Part shown: positions 19,885 through 28,008 of the stretch, piece after piece
Numbering within the stretch: the stretch's first letter is position 1
Layout of the letters: each line of letters starts with the position of its first letter
Assembly (NCBI GenBank): GCA_963720545.1
Contig: OY970399.1
Coordinates: 3,040,001-3,104,000, forward strand
DNA: 64,000 bases
Direction: 5' to 3'
DNA from: an uncultured Acidobacteriota bacterium
GTDB lineage: Bacteria; Acidobacteriota; Vicinamibacteria; Fen-336
Translations under genes and position numbers: made by a program
The notes under the pieces: generated by a model
The model's database searches: none
What the model saw: the letters and a program-made list of their open reading frames with translations, nothing else
What the model was told of the DNA's origin: nothing

Positions 19885-20268
19885 CTAGACCTCGGGCGCA
19901 GTGCCGATGGCGCGCACTTCGATCGGCATGTTGATGGGGCCGCCGGGCCCCGGAGCCGCCGACGCCCTGGCCGCGAGTTCGATGGCGCGGGCCTCGTCGC
20001 GCACGTCCACGATCCACCAGCCGGCCAGGAATTCCTTGGTCTCGGCGAACGGTCCGTCGAAGACCACCGGTGCGCCGCTCCTGGCGGTGACGATCTTGGC
20101 CTTGTCCGGCCATTCGAGCCCCTCGGCCACCACCCACTCGCCGTTCTTCTGCAGTTCCTTGTTGAACGTGTCCATGAACTCGATGTGCTTCTTCAGCACG
20201 TCGGGCGGCCAGGAGAGGAAGGTGTTCATGTCCTTTTGAGTGCCCTGCATCAGCAGCATGTACTTCAT
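19885..20268 (-). CDS. YciI/DGPF-domain protein
   Basis: MKYMLL...DGPFAETKEFLAGWWIV...IEVR. Confidence 0.9.
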   Translation of the reverse strand: MKYMLLMQGTQKDMNTFLSWPPDVLKKHIEFMDTFNKELQKNGEWVVAEGLEWPDKAKIVTARSGAPVVFDGPFAETKEFLAGWWIVDVRDEARAIELAARASAAPGPGGPINMPIEVRAIGTAPEV

Positions 20269-20293
20269 GTTGAATCGCTCCTTCTATGGACAC

Positions 20294-20320
20294 GTCGTTC
20301 GAGCGCCGGCGATTTCGACA
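20294..20320 (-). promoter_or_regulatory. Putative ECF42-type sigma promoter for the DGPF gene
   Basis: TGTCGA (20320-20315), 17 nt, CGAC (20297-20294), upstream of an AAGGAG SD; matches the motif reported for ECF42 targets, which are DGPF genes. Confidence 0.55.
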
Positions 20321-20421
20321 GCCAGTCGCAACGAATCCGCAACAAAGCCGCGACAAGACGGCCATCACACCGCCAAATCCTGTGAAAAGGGCTGCAAACG
20401 GCCGCAGAGTATAATGACGAT

Positions 20422-22278
20422 GTGGCGACAACCGAGGCGCCTGTCGAGGGCGCTCGCGTAAAACAGCAGCTCGACCAGGCGGTCATCCGCTTTTGCGGCG
20501 ATTCCGGCGACGGCATGCAGATCACCGGCAGCCAGTTCACCAACACCGCCGCCCTGTTCGGCAACGACATCGCGACCTTCCCCGATTTCCCCGCGGAAAT
20601 CCGCGCCCCCGCGGGCACGCTGCCGGGCGTCTCGGGCTTCCAGGTGCAATTCGGGTCCACCGACATCTACACCGCGGGCGATGCGGTAGACGTCCTGATT
20701 GCCATGAACCCGGCCGCGCTCAAGACCAACATCGCCGACCTCAAGACGAACGGCATCCTCATCGTCAACACCGATCACTTCCAGGATGTGGACCTGAAGA
20801 AGGCGCAGATGAGCGTCAGCCCGCTCGACGATCATTCGCTCGACGCCTATCGGCTCTTCCCGGTGGAGCTCACCAAGCTCACGCACGCAGCGCTCAAGGA
20901 CCTCGGCCTCGACCACAAGAGCATGGACCGGTGCAAGAACTTCTTCGCGCTCGGCATGTGCTACTGGCTCTACAACCGCTCGATGGACGCCACGCATCGC
21001 TGGCTCGAGGACAAGTTCAAGAGCAAGCCGGTGCTGGTCGAGGCCAACAAGCTTGCGATGAAGGCGGGCTACGCCTACTGCGACGCGACCGAAGCGTTCC
21101 AGGAGAGCTACGAAGTTCCCGCTGCGAAGCTGGCGCCCGGCACCTACCGCAACATCAGCGGCAACACGGCGCTGGCGCTCGGCTTCGTCGCCGCGTCCAC
21201 CCGCTCGGGCCTGCCGCTCTTCCAGGGCAGCTATCCCATCACGCCGGCCTCCGACATCCTGCACGAACTCTCCACCTACAAGGCATTCGGCGTGGTGACG
21301 TTCCAGGCGGAGGACGAGATCGCCGCGGTGACCTCGGCGATCGGCGCCGCGTACGCCGGTTCGCTCGCCATCACCACCACCTCGGGCCCGGGCATGGCGC
21401 TGAAGTCGGAGGCCATCGGCCTCGCCATCACCACCGAGCTGCCGCTCGTCATCTGCGACATCCAGCGCGGCGGGCCGTCCACCGGCCTGCCGACCAAGAC
21501 CGAACAGGCCGACCTGCTGCAGGCGCTGTTCGGCCGCAATTCCGAAGCGCCGCTGCCGGTGCTCGCCGCCGCCACGCCGGGAGACTGCTTCTGGGTGGCG
21601 TACGAGGCGAGCCGCATCGCGCTCAAGTACATGGTGCCGGTGATCGTGCTCTCCGACGGCTACCTGGCGAACGGCGCCGAGCCGTGGAAGATCCCCGAAG
21701 TTTCGGAGCTGCCCGAAATCCCGGTTTCGTATCGCGAGGATCCCGAGGGGTTCCTGCCGTACCTGCGCGACCCGCAAACGCTGGCGCGCCCGTGGGCGGT
21801 GCCCGGCACGCCCGGCCTCGAGCACCGCATCGGCGGCCTCGAGAAGCAGGACGTCAGCGGCAACATCAACTACGAACCGCTCAACCACGAGAAGATGGTG
21901 CGGCTGCGCCAGGCCAAGGTGGATGCGGTGGTGCAGGACGTTCCCGACGCGGTGCCGGCCGGGGCCCCCGACGGCGACCTGCTGATCGTCGCGTGGGGCT
22001 CGACCTACGGCGCCATCACCGCCGCCCTGCGCGCGCAGCGCGGCACCGGCCGGCGCATCGGCCATGTCCACCTGCGCCACCTCAACCCGCTGCCGCAGAA
22101 CCTCGGCGAAGTGCTGAAGCGCTACCGCAAGGTGCTGGTTCCGGAGATGAACCTCGGCCAGCTGCGCTTCGTGCTGCGCGGCCGCTATCTCGTGGATGCC
22201 ATCGGCTACAACAAGGTGCAGGGCAAGCCGTTCCTGCAGTCGGAGATCGAACAGAAGATCGACGAGGTGCTCGCGTGA
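20422..22278 (+). CDS. korA: 2-oxoacid:ferredoxin oxidoreductase alpha subunit
   Basis: IRFCGDSGDGMQ, PAEIRAP, YPITPASDIL, QAEDEIAA, TSGPG, QRGGPSTG, EMNLGQL. Confidence 0.93.
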   Translation: MATTEAPVEGARVKQQLDQAVIRFCGDSGDGMQITGSQFTNTAALFGNDIATFPDFPAEIRAPAGTLPGVSGFQVQFGSTDIYTAGDAVDVLIAMNPAALKTNIADLKTNGILIVNTDHFQDVDLKKAQMSVSPLDDHSLDAYRLFPVELTKLTHAALKDLGLDHKSMDRCKNFFALGMCYWLYNRSMDATHRWLEDKFKSKPVLVEANKLAMKAGYAYCDATEAFQESYEVPAAKLAPGTYRNISGNTALALGFVAASTRSGLPLFQGSYPITPASDILHELSTYKAFGVVTFQAEDEIAAVTSAIGAAYAGSLAITTTSGPGMALKSEAIGLAITTELPLVICDIQRGGPSTGLPTKTEQADLLQALFGRNSEAPLPVLAAATPGDCFWVAYEASRIALKYMVPVIVLSDGYLANGAEPWKIPEVSELPEIPVSYREDPEGFLPYLRDPQTLARPWAVPGTPGLEHRIGGLEKQDVSGNINYEPLNHEKMVRLRQAKVDAVVQDVPDAVPAGAPDGDLLIVAWGSTYGAITAALRAQRGTGRRIGHVHLRHLNPLPQNLGEVLKRYRKVLVPEMNLGQLRFVLRGRYLVDAIGYNKVQGKPFLQSEIEQKIDEVLA

Positions 22279-23318
22279 GCGTCGCCGAACCCCCGGTCCC
22301 GGAAGCGCCGCGCGCGCTGACCAAGAAGGATTTCCAGACCGACCAGGAAGTGCGCTGGTGCCCGGGCTGCGGCGACTACGCCATTCTCTCGGCGGTGCAG
22401 AGCGTCTTCCCCGAACTCGGCATTCCACGCGAGAAGTTCGTGGTCGTCTCGGGCATCGGCTGTTCCAGCCGATTTCCCTATTACATCAACACCTTCGGCT
22501 TCCACACGATCCACGGGCGCGCGCCCGCGATCGCGACCGGCATCAAGATCGCCCGGCCCGACCTGGACGTCTGGGTGGCAACCGGCGACGGCGACGCGCT
22601 TTCGATCGGCGGCAACCACACGATCCACATGCTGCGCCGCAACGTCGGGTTGAAGGTGTTGCTGTTCAACAACAAGATCTACGGCCTCACCAAGGGCCAG
22701 TACTCGCCGACTTCAGAGACCGGCAAGAAGGCGAAGTCGACGCCCTTCGGCTCCATCGACCGTCCGTTCCTGCCGCTGTCGCTGGCGCTCGGCGCCGAGG
22801 CCACTTTCGTCGCGCGTTCGGTGGACGTGTTCCAGCCGCACCTCAAGGGCGTGCTGAAGCGCGCCGCCGCGCACCAGGGTTCGGCGTTCATGGAGATCCT
22901 GCAGAACTGCAACATCTTCAACGACGGCGCCTGGGACGCGGTTGCCGAACGCACCGTGCGCGACGACCGCACCATCGCTCTCGAACACGGCAAGCCGCTC
23001 GTCTTCGGCAAGCAGCGCGACAAAGGCATCCGCATGAACGGCCTCGACCTCGAGGTGGTGACGCTCGGCGAGAACGGCGTCACCGCGAGCGACCTGATCG
23101 TCCATGACGAGGCGCATCCCAATCCCGCCTACGCATTCCTGCTGTCGCGGATGGACCAGCAGCCCGGCTTCCCGACGCCCATCGGCGTGCTGCGCTGCGT
23201 CGTGGAGCCGGCCTACGAGGCGGGCGTGAACGCGCAGATCCGCGAGGTCCAGGCAAAGCGCGGCAAGGGCGACCTGACGAAGCTGCTGCACATGGGCGAC
23301 GTCTGGGAGGTCCGTTAG
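22275..23318 (+). CDS. korB: 2-oxoacid:ferredoxin oxidoreductase beta subunit
   Basis: WCPGCGD, SGIGCSS, HGRA, GDGD, YGLTKGQYSPT; GTG overlaps the korA stop (GTGA). Confidence 0.93.
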   Translation: MSVAEPPVPEAPRALTKKDFQTDQEVRWCPGCGDYAILSAVQSVFPELGIPREKFVVVSGIGCSSRFPYYINTFGFHTIHGRAPAIATGIKIARPDLDVWVATGDGDALSIGGNHTIHMLRRNVGLKVLLFNNKIYGLTKGQYSPTSETGKKAKSTPFGSIDRPFLPLSLALGAEATFVARSVDVFQPHLKGVLKRAAAHQGSAFMEILQNCNIFNDGAWDAVAERTVRDDRTIALEHGKPLVFGKQRDKGIRMNGLDLEVVTLGENGVTASDLIVHDEAHPNPAYAFLLSRMDQQPGFPTPIGVLRCVVEPAYEAGVNAQIREVQAKRGKGDLTKLLHMGDVWEVR

Positions 23319-23333
23319 CGCCAGCCTCGATCT

Positions 23334-25139
23334 CTAGCGCAGCGCCTCGATCGTCCAGCTCGTGACGCGCAGGCAGTCGGGCTGCGCTTGCGGGCACGCG
23401 GGCCGGATGCCCAGCCGCACCCGGTTGCCGGCACCGCCGACGTCAGCTTGTGCCACGCGCAGGGTGGCGGCGCGGCCACGCACCCGAAGCCGCTGCCACG
23501 GCTCGCGATTGACGCGGTAGCGGCCGGCGAGGCCTCGCGCCTCCAGTTGCAACAGCAGCAGGAATCCCTGCTCGGGCGGCCGCAGCACTTCGATGCGGCT
23601 GACTGCGGAACTGCCGACCAGCAGCCCGTCCACGTCGCCGTCCCAGTCGATGAAACGCACGTAGGCACCGTCTTGTTCGGCGATTCCGACATCCCAGGTC
23701 TCGTCCCACATCGACAGGTCGCGCCAGCGCGGCTGCGGCAGGTTGAAAAGTCCCAGGGGAGTCATGCCGCCGCCCGACCACGCGGCACCGGTGCGTGCGA
23801 AACCCTTGCCATAGAGGCTCAGCACGTGCTTCCTCTTCCGCAGGTCGGCAGTCTCGACTTCGTTCTCCTCGACCACCCGCAAGCCCGCTCGCGAGCCGTA
23901 GTATTCGGCCTGGCGCAGCACCACGCGGTTGTCGCTCGGCACCACCACCAGCGTCTCGGCCGGGTCGTAGGTCGCGGCCGCGACACGGATCGCTTCGCCC
24001 ACAGGCGACGGACCAGCGTGCAGGCTGCGCAGCGTCGGCAGGATGAAGTCGGCCTGGCGCGAGATCCACAGGAACAAGGCGGCTGCAGAAAGAGCGTAGG
24101 CAAGACGCCGCCGGCCGCTGGCGCCGATCCGGGTGTGGAGCGCCTGCATGCGGCGGCCGGCATCGATCGCGGCGGCCACCACAAAAGCGAGCAGGAACGG
24201 CAGGTAGTAGATCGAGAAGCGCGGCCACTGGCCGAGTGCCAGCACGCGGATCAGGAGGATTGGCGCGAGCAGCCAGAAGAGGAAGCGCAGCGCCTTGCGT
24301 TCGCGCCACACAACGAAAGCGCCCCATGCAGCGGCCAGCCAGAGCCAGGCGAACGACGCGACGGCCCACGGAATTACCAGCACGGCGTGGACGCGATCGG
24401 CGAGTAGCGGGGCGTTGGTGACCAGCGCCTCGCGGTCGAGCCACAGCACCTGGCCCCAGCCCCACTCGAGATACTTGAGGAAGGAGCCGGTGTACCAGCA
24501 GAGCGGCAGCAGCCAGATCAGCGCGCCTGCGATGCTGGCGGCGACGGCACCGACAGCGAGGCGGCGGTCGCGACGCCACCATTCGAGGAGCGTGCGGCAG
24601 GCGAGCGGTAGCAGGTAGAGCGCCAGCAGCTGCTTCGCGCCGGGCACGAGCCCGGCGAGGAAGAAGGCGGGCAGCACCGCCGTCCGCCGCCCCAGCATCG
24701 CGAGGCCCAGGCCCAGCGTTGCAGCCAGCATGCAGGCGAATGCGAAGGAGTCTTCCAGCGGCCGCGTCTGCTGGAACCAGACCTGGGCCGAGCTGAGGCC
24801 GGCGACGCAAGCGATGAAAGACTCGCCGCGTGTCATGCCGAGGCGGAAGATCGCGAACAGCAGCACCGCCGAAAGGACCCCGCCGACGACATTCACGGTG
24901 GAGAGGGCGAGGATCGGGTCGGCCACGATGAGGTGCGCGAGCCGCGCGGCCCAGACGAACAGGATGTAACCCGGAGGATGCGGCCAATGCTGCTTGACGT
25001 CGATGCGCTCGAGGGCAAAAGCGTAGTTTGCCGAGTCGTACTCTTCGAGGATCGCCCCCCGCAGCGGCCAGCGCGTGGCGAAAACCAACGCCATGAGGGC
25101 GAGCGCGCACCAGACGTCGCGTCTGCGGAATGAAGACAT
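23334..25139 (-). CDS. Polytopic membrane protein, probable GT-C fold glycosyltransferase (DUF2723/PMT-like)
   Basis: First loop EEYDSANY...PHPPGY, about 10 TM helices, then an extracytoplasmic tail; start trimmed to MSSFRRR. Confidence 0.6.
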   Translation of the reverse strand: MSSFRRRDVWCALALMALVFATRWPLRGAILEEYDSANYAFALERIDVKQHWPHPPGYILFVWAARLAHLIVADPILALSTVNVVGGVLSAVLLFAIFRLGMTRGESFIACVAGLSSAQVWFQQTRPLEDSFAFACMLAATLGLGLAMLGRRTAVLPAFFLAGLVPGAKQLLALYLLPLACRTLLEWWRRDRRLAVGAVAASIAGALIWLLPLCWYTGSFLKYLEWGWGQVLWLDREALVTNAPLLADRVHAVLVIPWAVASFAWLWLAAAWGAFVVWRERKALRFLFWLLAPILLIRVLALGQWPRFSIYYLPFLLAFVVAAAIDAGRRMQALHTRIGASGRRRLAYALSAAALFLWISRQADFILPTLRSLHAGPSPVGEAIRVAAATYDPAETLVVVPSDNRVVLRQAEYYGSRAGLRVVEENEVETADLRKRKHVLSLYGKGFARTGAAWSGGGMTPLGLFNLPQPRWRDLSMWDETWDVGIAEQDGAYVRFIDWDGDVDGLLVGSSAVSRIEVLRPPEQGFLLLLQLEARGLAGRYRVNREPWQRLRVRGRAATLRVAQADVGGAGNRVRLGIRPACPQAQPDCLRVTSWTIEALR

Positions 25140-25184
25140 CAAATGAAACGTTTCTGAAACTAAACTAGCATCCTGACTCCGGAC

Positions 25185-26027
25185 ATGAAACCGCGCCCTG
25201 GCGTGCCGCTCGCCTCGACACCCGCCGGTCTGCCGTCGTTCGGCGGCGCCGTGCTGCGCTGGCGGCGCGTTGGCGGGCTGAGCCTGGCGGAGATCCAGCA
25301 CGACGGCCCGCGCGAGCTGCGTGTTCATGTCGTTGAAGAGGCGCGCTTCGTGCTGGTGCTGCGTGGCCGTGGGGACGTCGAATGCGGCGGCCAGCGCCTG
25401 CGGTTCCAGGCCTCGAGCGTCGTCTTCGAACCGGCGGGCTGCGCCTCCGTCTGGCGCTTCGACCAGGGCACCGTGTGCCTCGCGGTGTCGGTGAGCGATG
25501 CGGTGCTCGCGCGCGCCCGCGAGGCGAGCGCCGCCTTCACCCGGCCCGCGGTGTTCGCCGACGGCCTGCTGCTGCACCTCGCACGCAGGCTCTACGGCGA
25601 GTTCCGCCTGCGCGACGAGGCGTCGCGGCTCGCGGTGGAGAGCCTGGTGCTTGGTGTGCTCGCCGAGGCGGCGCGCCGCCAGTCGCGGCCGCGCACCCAG
25701 CCGGTCGCCCCCGAATGGCTGGCGCTGGTGCTCGAAATCCTGAACGCACGCTTCACCAGCGACCTTGGGCTCGCGCGCGTCGCCGCAGAAGTCGGCATCC
25801 ACCCGGTGCACCTCGCGCGCACCTTCCGCCGCCACCAGCAATGCACGGTCGCCGACTACGTGCGGCGGCTGCGCATCGACTACGCGTGCCAGCAGCTGAG
25901 CCAGTCGCGCTTATCGCTCACCGATGTGGCGCTCGCATCAGGGTTCTGCGACCACAGCCACCTGTGCCGCCACTTCAAGCGCGAAACCGGCCTCACCCCC
26001 GCCCGGTACCGCAGCCTCCACCGCTGA
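25185..26027 (+). CDS. AraC family transcriptional regulator
   Basis: C-terminal double HTH: VGIHPVHLARTFR...GFCDHSHLCRHFKRETGLTPARYR. Confidence 0.92.
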   Translation: MKPRPGVPLASTPAGLPSFGGAVLRWRRVGGLSLAEIQHDGPRELRVHVVEEARFVLVLRGRGDVECGGQRLRFQASSVVFEPAGCASVWRFDQGTVCLAVSVSDAVLARAREASAAFTRPAVFADGLLLHLARRLYGEFRLRDEASRLAVESLVLGVLAEAARRQSRPRTQPVAPEWLALVLEILNARFTSDLGLARVAAEVGIHPVHLARTFRRHQQCTVADYVRRLRIDYACQQLSQSRLSLTDVALASGFCDHSHLCRHFKRETGLTPARYRSLHR

Positions 26028-26136
26028 CACGTCGCCGTTCCCCGAGTGGCGACTTTGTCGCGGTTAGCCGCTCTGCCCATACCACCGCGCTTCAAGCGTC
26101 CAAGAACCGTTGCCGGGCCTTGCCCACACTTGCGCC

Positions 26137-27588
26137 ATGTCCCGACTGTTCGCGCGCAAGCCCATCGATGAGCTGATCGCCCAGGCCGGGGACGACGGCC
26201 ATGCCGCGCTGCGGCGCTCGCTCGGGCCGCTGAACCTGGTGGCGCTTGGCGTCGGCGCCATCATCGGCGCCGGGATCTTCGTGATCACCGGGACGGTCGC
26301 GGCGCAGAACGCAGGGCCGGCGGTGGTGCTCTCGTTCGTCCTCGCCGGCATCGGCTGTGTGTTCGCCGGCCTGTGCTACGCCGAGTTCGCGTCGATGATC
26401 CCGATCGCCGGCTCCGCGTACACCTATGGCTATGCGACGCTCGGCGAATTGGTCGCATGGATCATCGGCTGGGACCTGGTCATCGAGTACGCGTTCGGCG
26501 CCGCCACCGTGGCGGCCGGCTGGAGCGGCAACGTGGTGAGCCTGTTGCGCGAGTTCGGCATCCACCTGCCGCGCGCCATCAGCGCGACACCCGCCGACGG
26601 CGGCGTCTTCGACCTGCCGGCGTGCCTCGCCATCTTCGCGGTCACCGCGCTGCTGGTCGTCGGCATCCGCGAGTCGGCGAGCTTCAACGCGCTCATCGTC
26701 CTGGTGAAGGTCGGCACCATCCTCACCTTCATCGCAGTGGCGGGCGCGTACCTGCTGCAAAACCCCGAGACCGCGCGCGCCAACTGGACGCCGTTCCTCC
26801 CGCCCAACACCGGCAAGTTCGGGGCCTTCGGCTGGTCGGGCGTGGCACGCGGCGCGGCCGTGATCTTTTTCGCGTTCATCGGCTTCGACGCCGTATCGAC
26901 CGCGGCGCAGGAGGCGAAGAACCCGCAGAAGGACATGCCCATCGGCATTCTCGGCTCGCTCGCCATCTGCACGGTGCTGTACGTCGCGATGGGCGCCTTG
27001 CTCACCGGCGTACTGCCTTACGCGCAGCTCGGCGTCGCGGCCCCGGTGGCCGCCGGCATCGACGCCACGGGCGTCTCCTGGGGCCGGCTGATAGTGAAGA
27101 TCGGCACGTTCGCCGGGCTCGCCACCACCATGCTGGTGATGCTGCTTGGCCAGTCGCGGGTGCTCTACACGATGTCGCGCGACGGCCTGCTGCCGCCGTG
27201 GGTGGGTGCCGTGCACCCGAGGTTCCGCACGCCGTGGATTTCGTCGCTCGTGGTGGGCGCGTTCGTCGGCGTGTTCGCGGGCCTCGTGCCCATCGCGATC
27301 CTCGGGCAACTGGTCAGCATCGGCACGCTGTTCGCGTTCGTCATCGTCTGCGCCGGTGTGCTGCTCCTGCGGCGCACGCGGCCCGACCTGCATCGGCCGT
27401 TCCGCGCGCCGCTGGTCCCGGCTGTTCCGCTCCTCGGCATGGGCATCTCGCTGCTGCTGATGGCAGCTTTGCCGCTCGACACCTGGATCAGGCTCGTGGT
27501 CTGGCTCGCCATCGGCCTGGCGATCTACTTCTTCTACGGCCGCCACCACAGCCGGCTGAACGCTGGCGCCGCCGCCATTCCGCGCTGA
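26137..27588 (+). CDS. APC-family amino acid permease
   Basis: LGVGAIIGAGIF, GSAYTY, FAFIGFDAVST, MSRDGLLP. Confidence 0.93.
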   Translation: MSRLFARKPIDELIAQAGDDGHAALRRSLGPLNLVALGVGAIIGAGIFVITGTVAAQNAGPAVVLSFVLAGIGCVFAGLCYAEFASMIPIAGSAYTYGYATLGELVAWIIGWDLVIEYAFGAATVAAGWSGNVVSLLREFGIHLPRAISATPADGGVFDLPACLAIFAVTALLVVGIRESASFNALIVLVKVGTILTFIAVAGAYLLQNPETARANWTPFLPPNTGKFGAFGWSGVARGAAVIFFAFIGFDAVSTAAQEAKNPQKDMPIGILGSLAICTVLYVAMGALLTGVLPYAQLGVAAPVAAGIDATGVSWGRLIVKIGTFAGLATTMLVMLLGQSRVLYTMSRDGLLPPWVGAVHPRFRTPWISSLVVGAFVGVFAGLVPIAILGQLVSIGTLFAFVIVCAGVLLLRRTRPDLHRPFRAPLVPAVPLLGMGISLLLMAALPLDTWIRLVVWLAIGLAIYFFYGRHHSRLNAGAAAIPR

Positions 27589-27597
27589 GCCACCCGA

Positions 27598-27650
27598 CCT
27601 GTGGACACGCCACAGGAGAGTGTGCCACACTCCTGTGGCGTTACCACAGG
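27598..27650. promoter_or_regulatory. Tandem palindromic operators, putative PadR binding sites
   Basis: CCTGTGG-N5-CCACAGG at 27598-27616 and at 27632-27650, just upstream of padR. Confidence 0.65.
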
Positions 27651-27666
27651 GAGAGGCAGGAGCTGG

Positions 27667-28008
27667 ATGAAGATCGATCTGCTGCAGGGAACGCTCGACC
27701 TGCTGGTACTGCGCACGCTCGCGACACTTGGCGCATTGCACGGCTACGGCATCGCGCGCCGCATCGAACAAGTGAGCGGCGACGCCGTCCTGCTGAATCA
27801 GGGAACGATCTACGCCTCGCTGGTGCGGCTGCACGCCCGCGGGTTCGTCACTGCTTCGTGGGGGATGTCGGCGAACAACCGGCGCGCGCGGTACTACACG
27901 ATCACGCGGGCCGGGCACGCTGAGCTTGCCAGGGAGACCGCGAACTGGGAGCGCATGTCCGCCGTCATCGGCCGCGTGTTGTCTGCCGCGCCGCGTCCCG
28001 CGTCATGA
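27667..28008 (+). CDS. PadR family regulator, acidobacterial type
   Basis: LLQGTLDLLVL, HGYGIARRI, NQGTIY, NNRRARYY; ATGA coupling to the permease. Confidence 0.92.
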   Translation: MKIDLLQGTLDLLVLRTLATLGALHGYGIARRIEQVSGDAVLLNQGTIYASLVRLHARGFVTASWGMSANNRRARYYTITRAGHAELARETANWERMSAVIGRVLSAAPRPAS

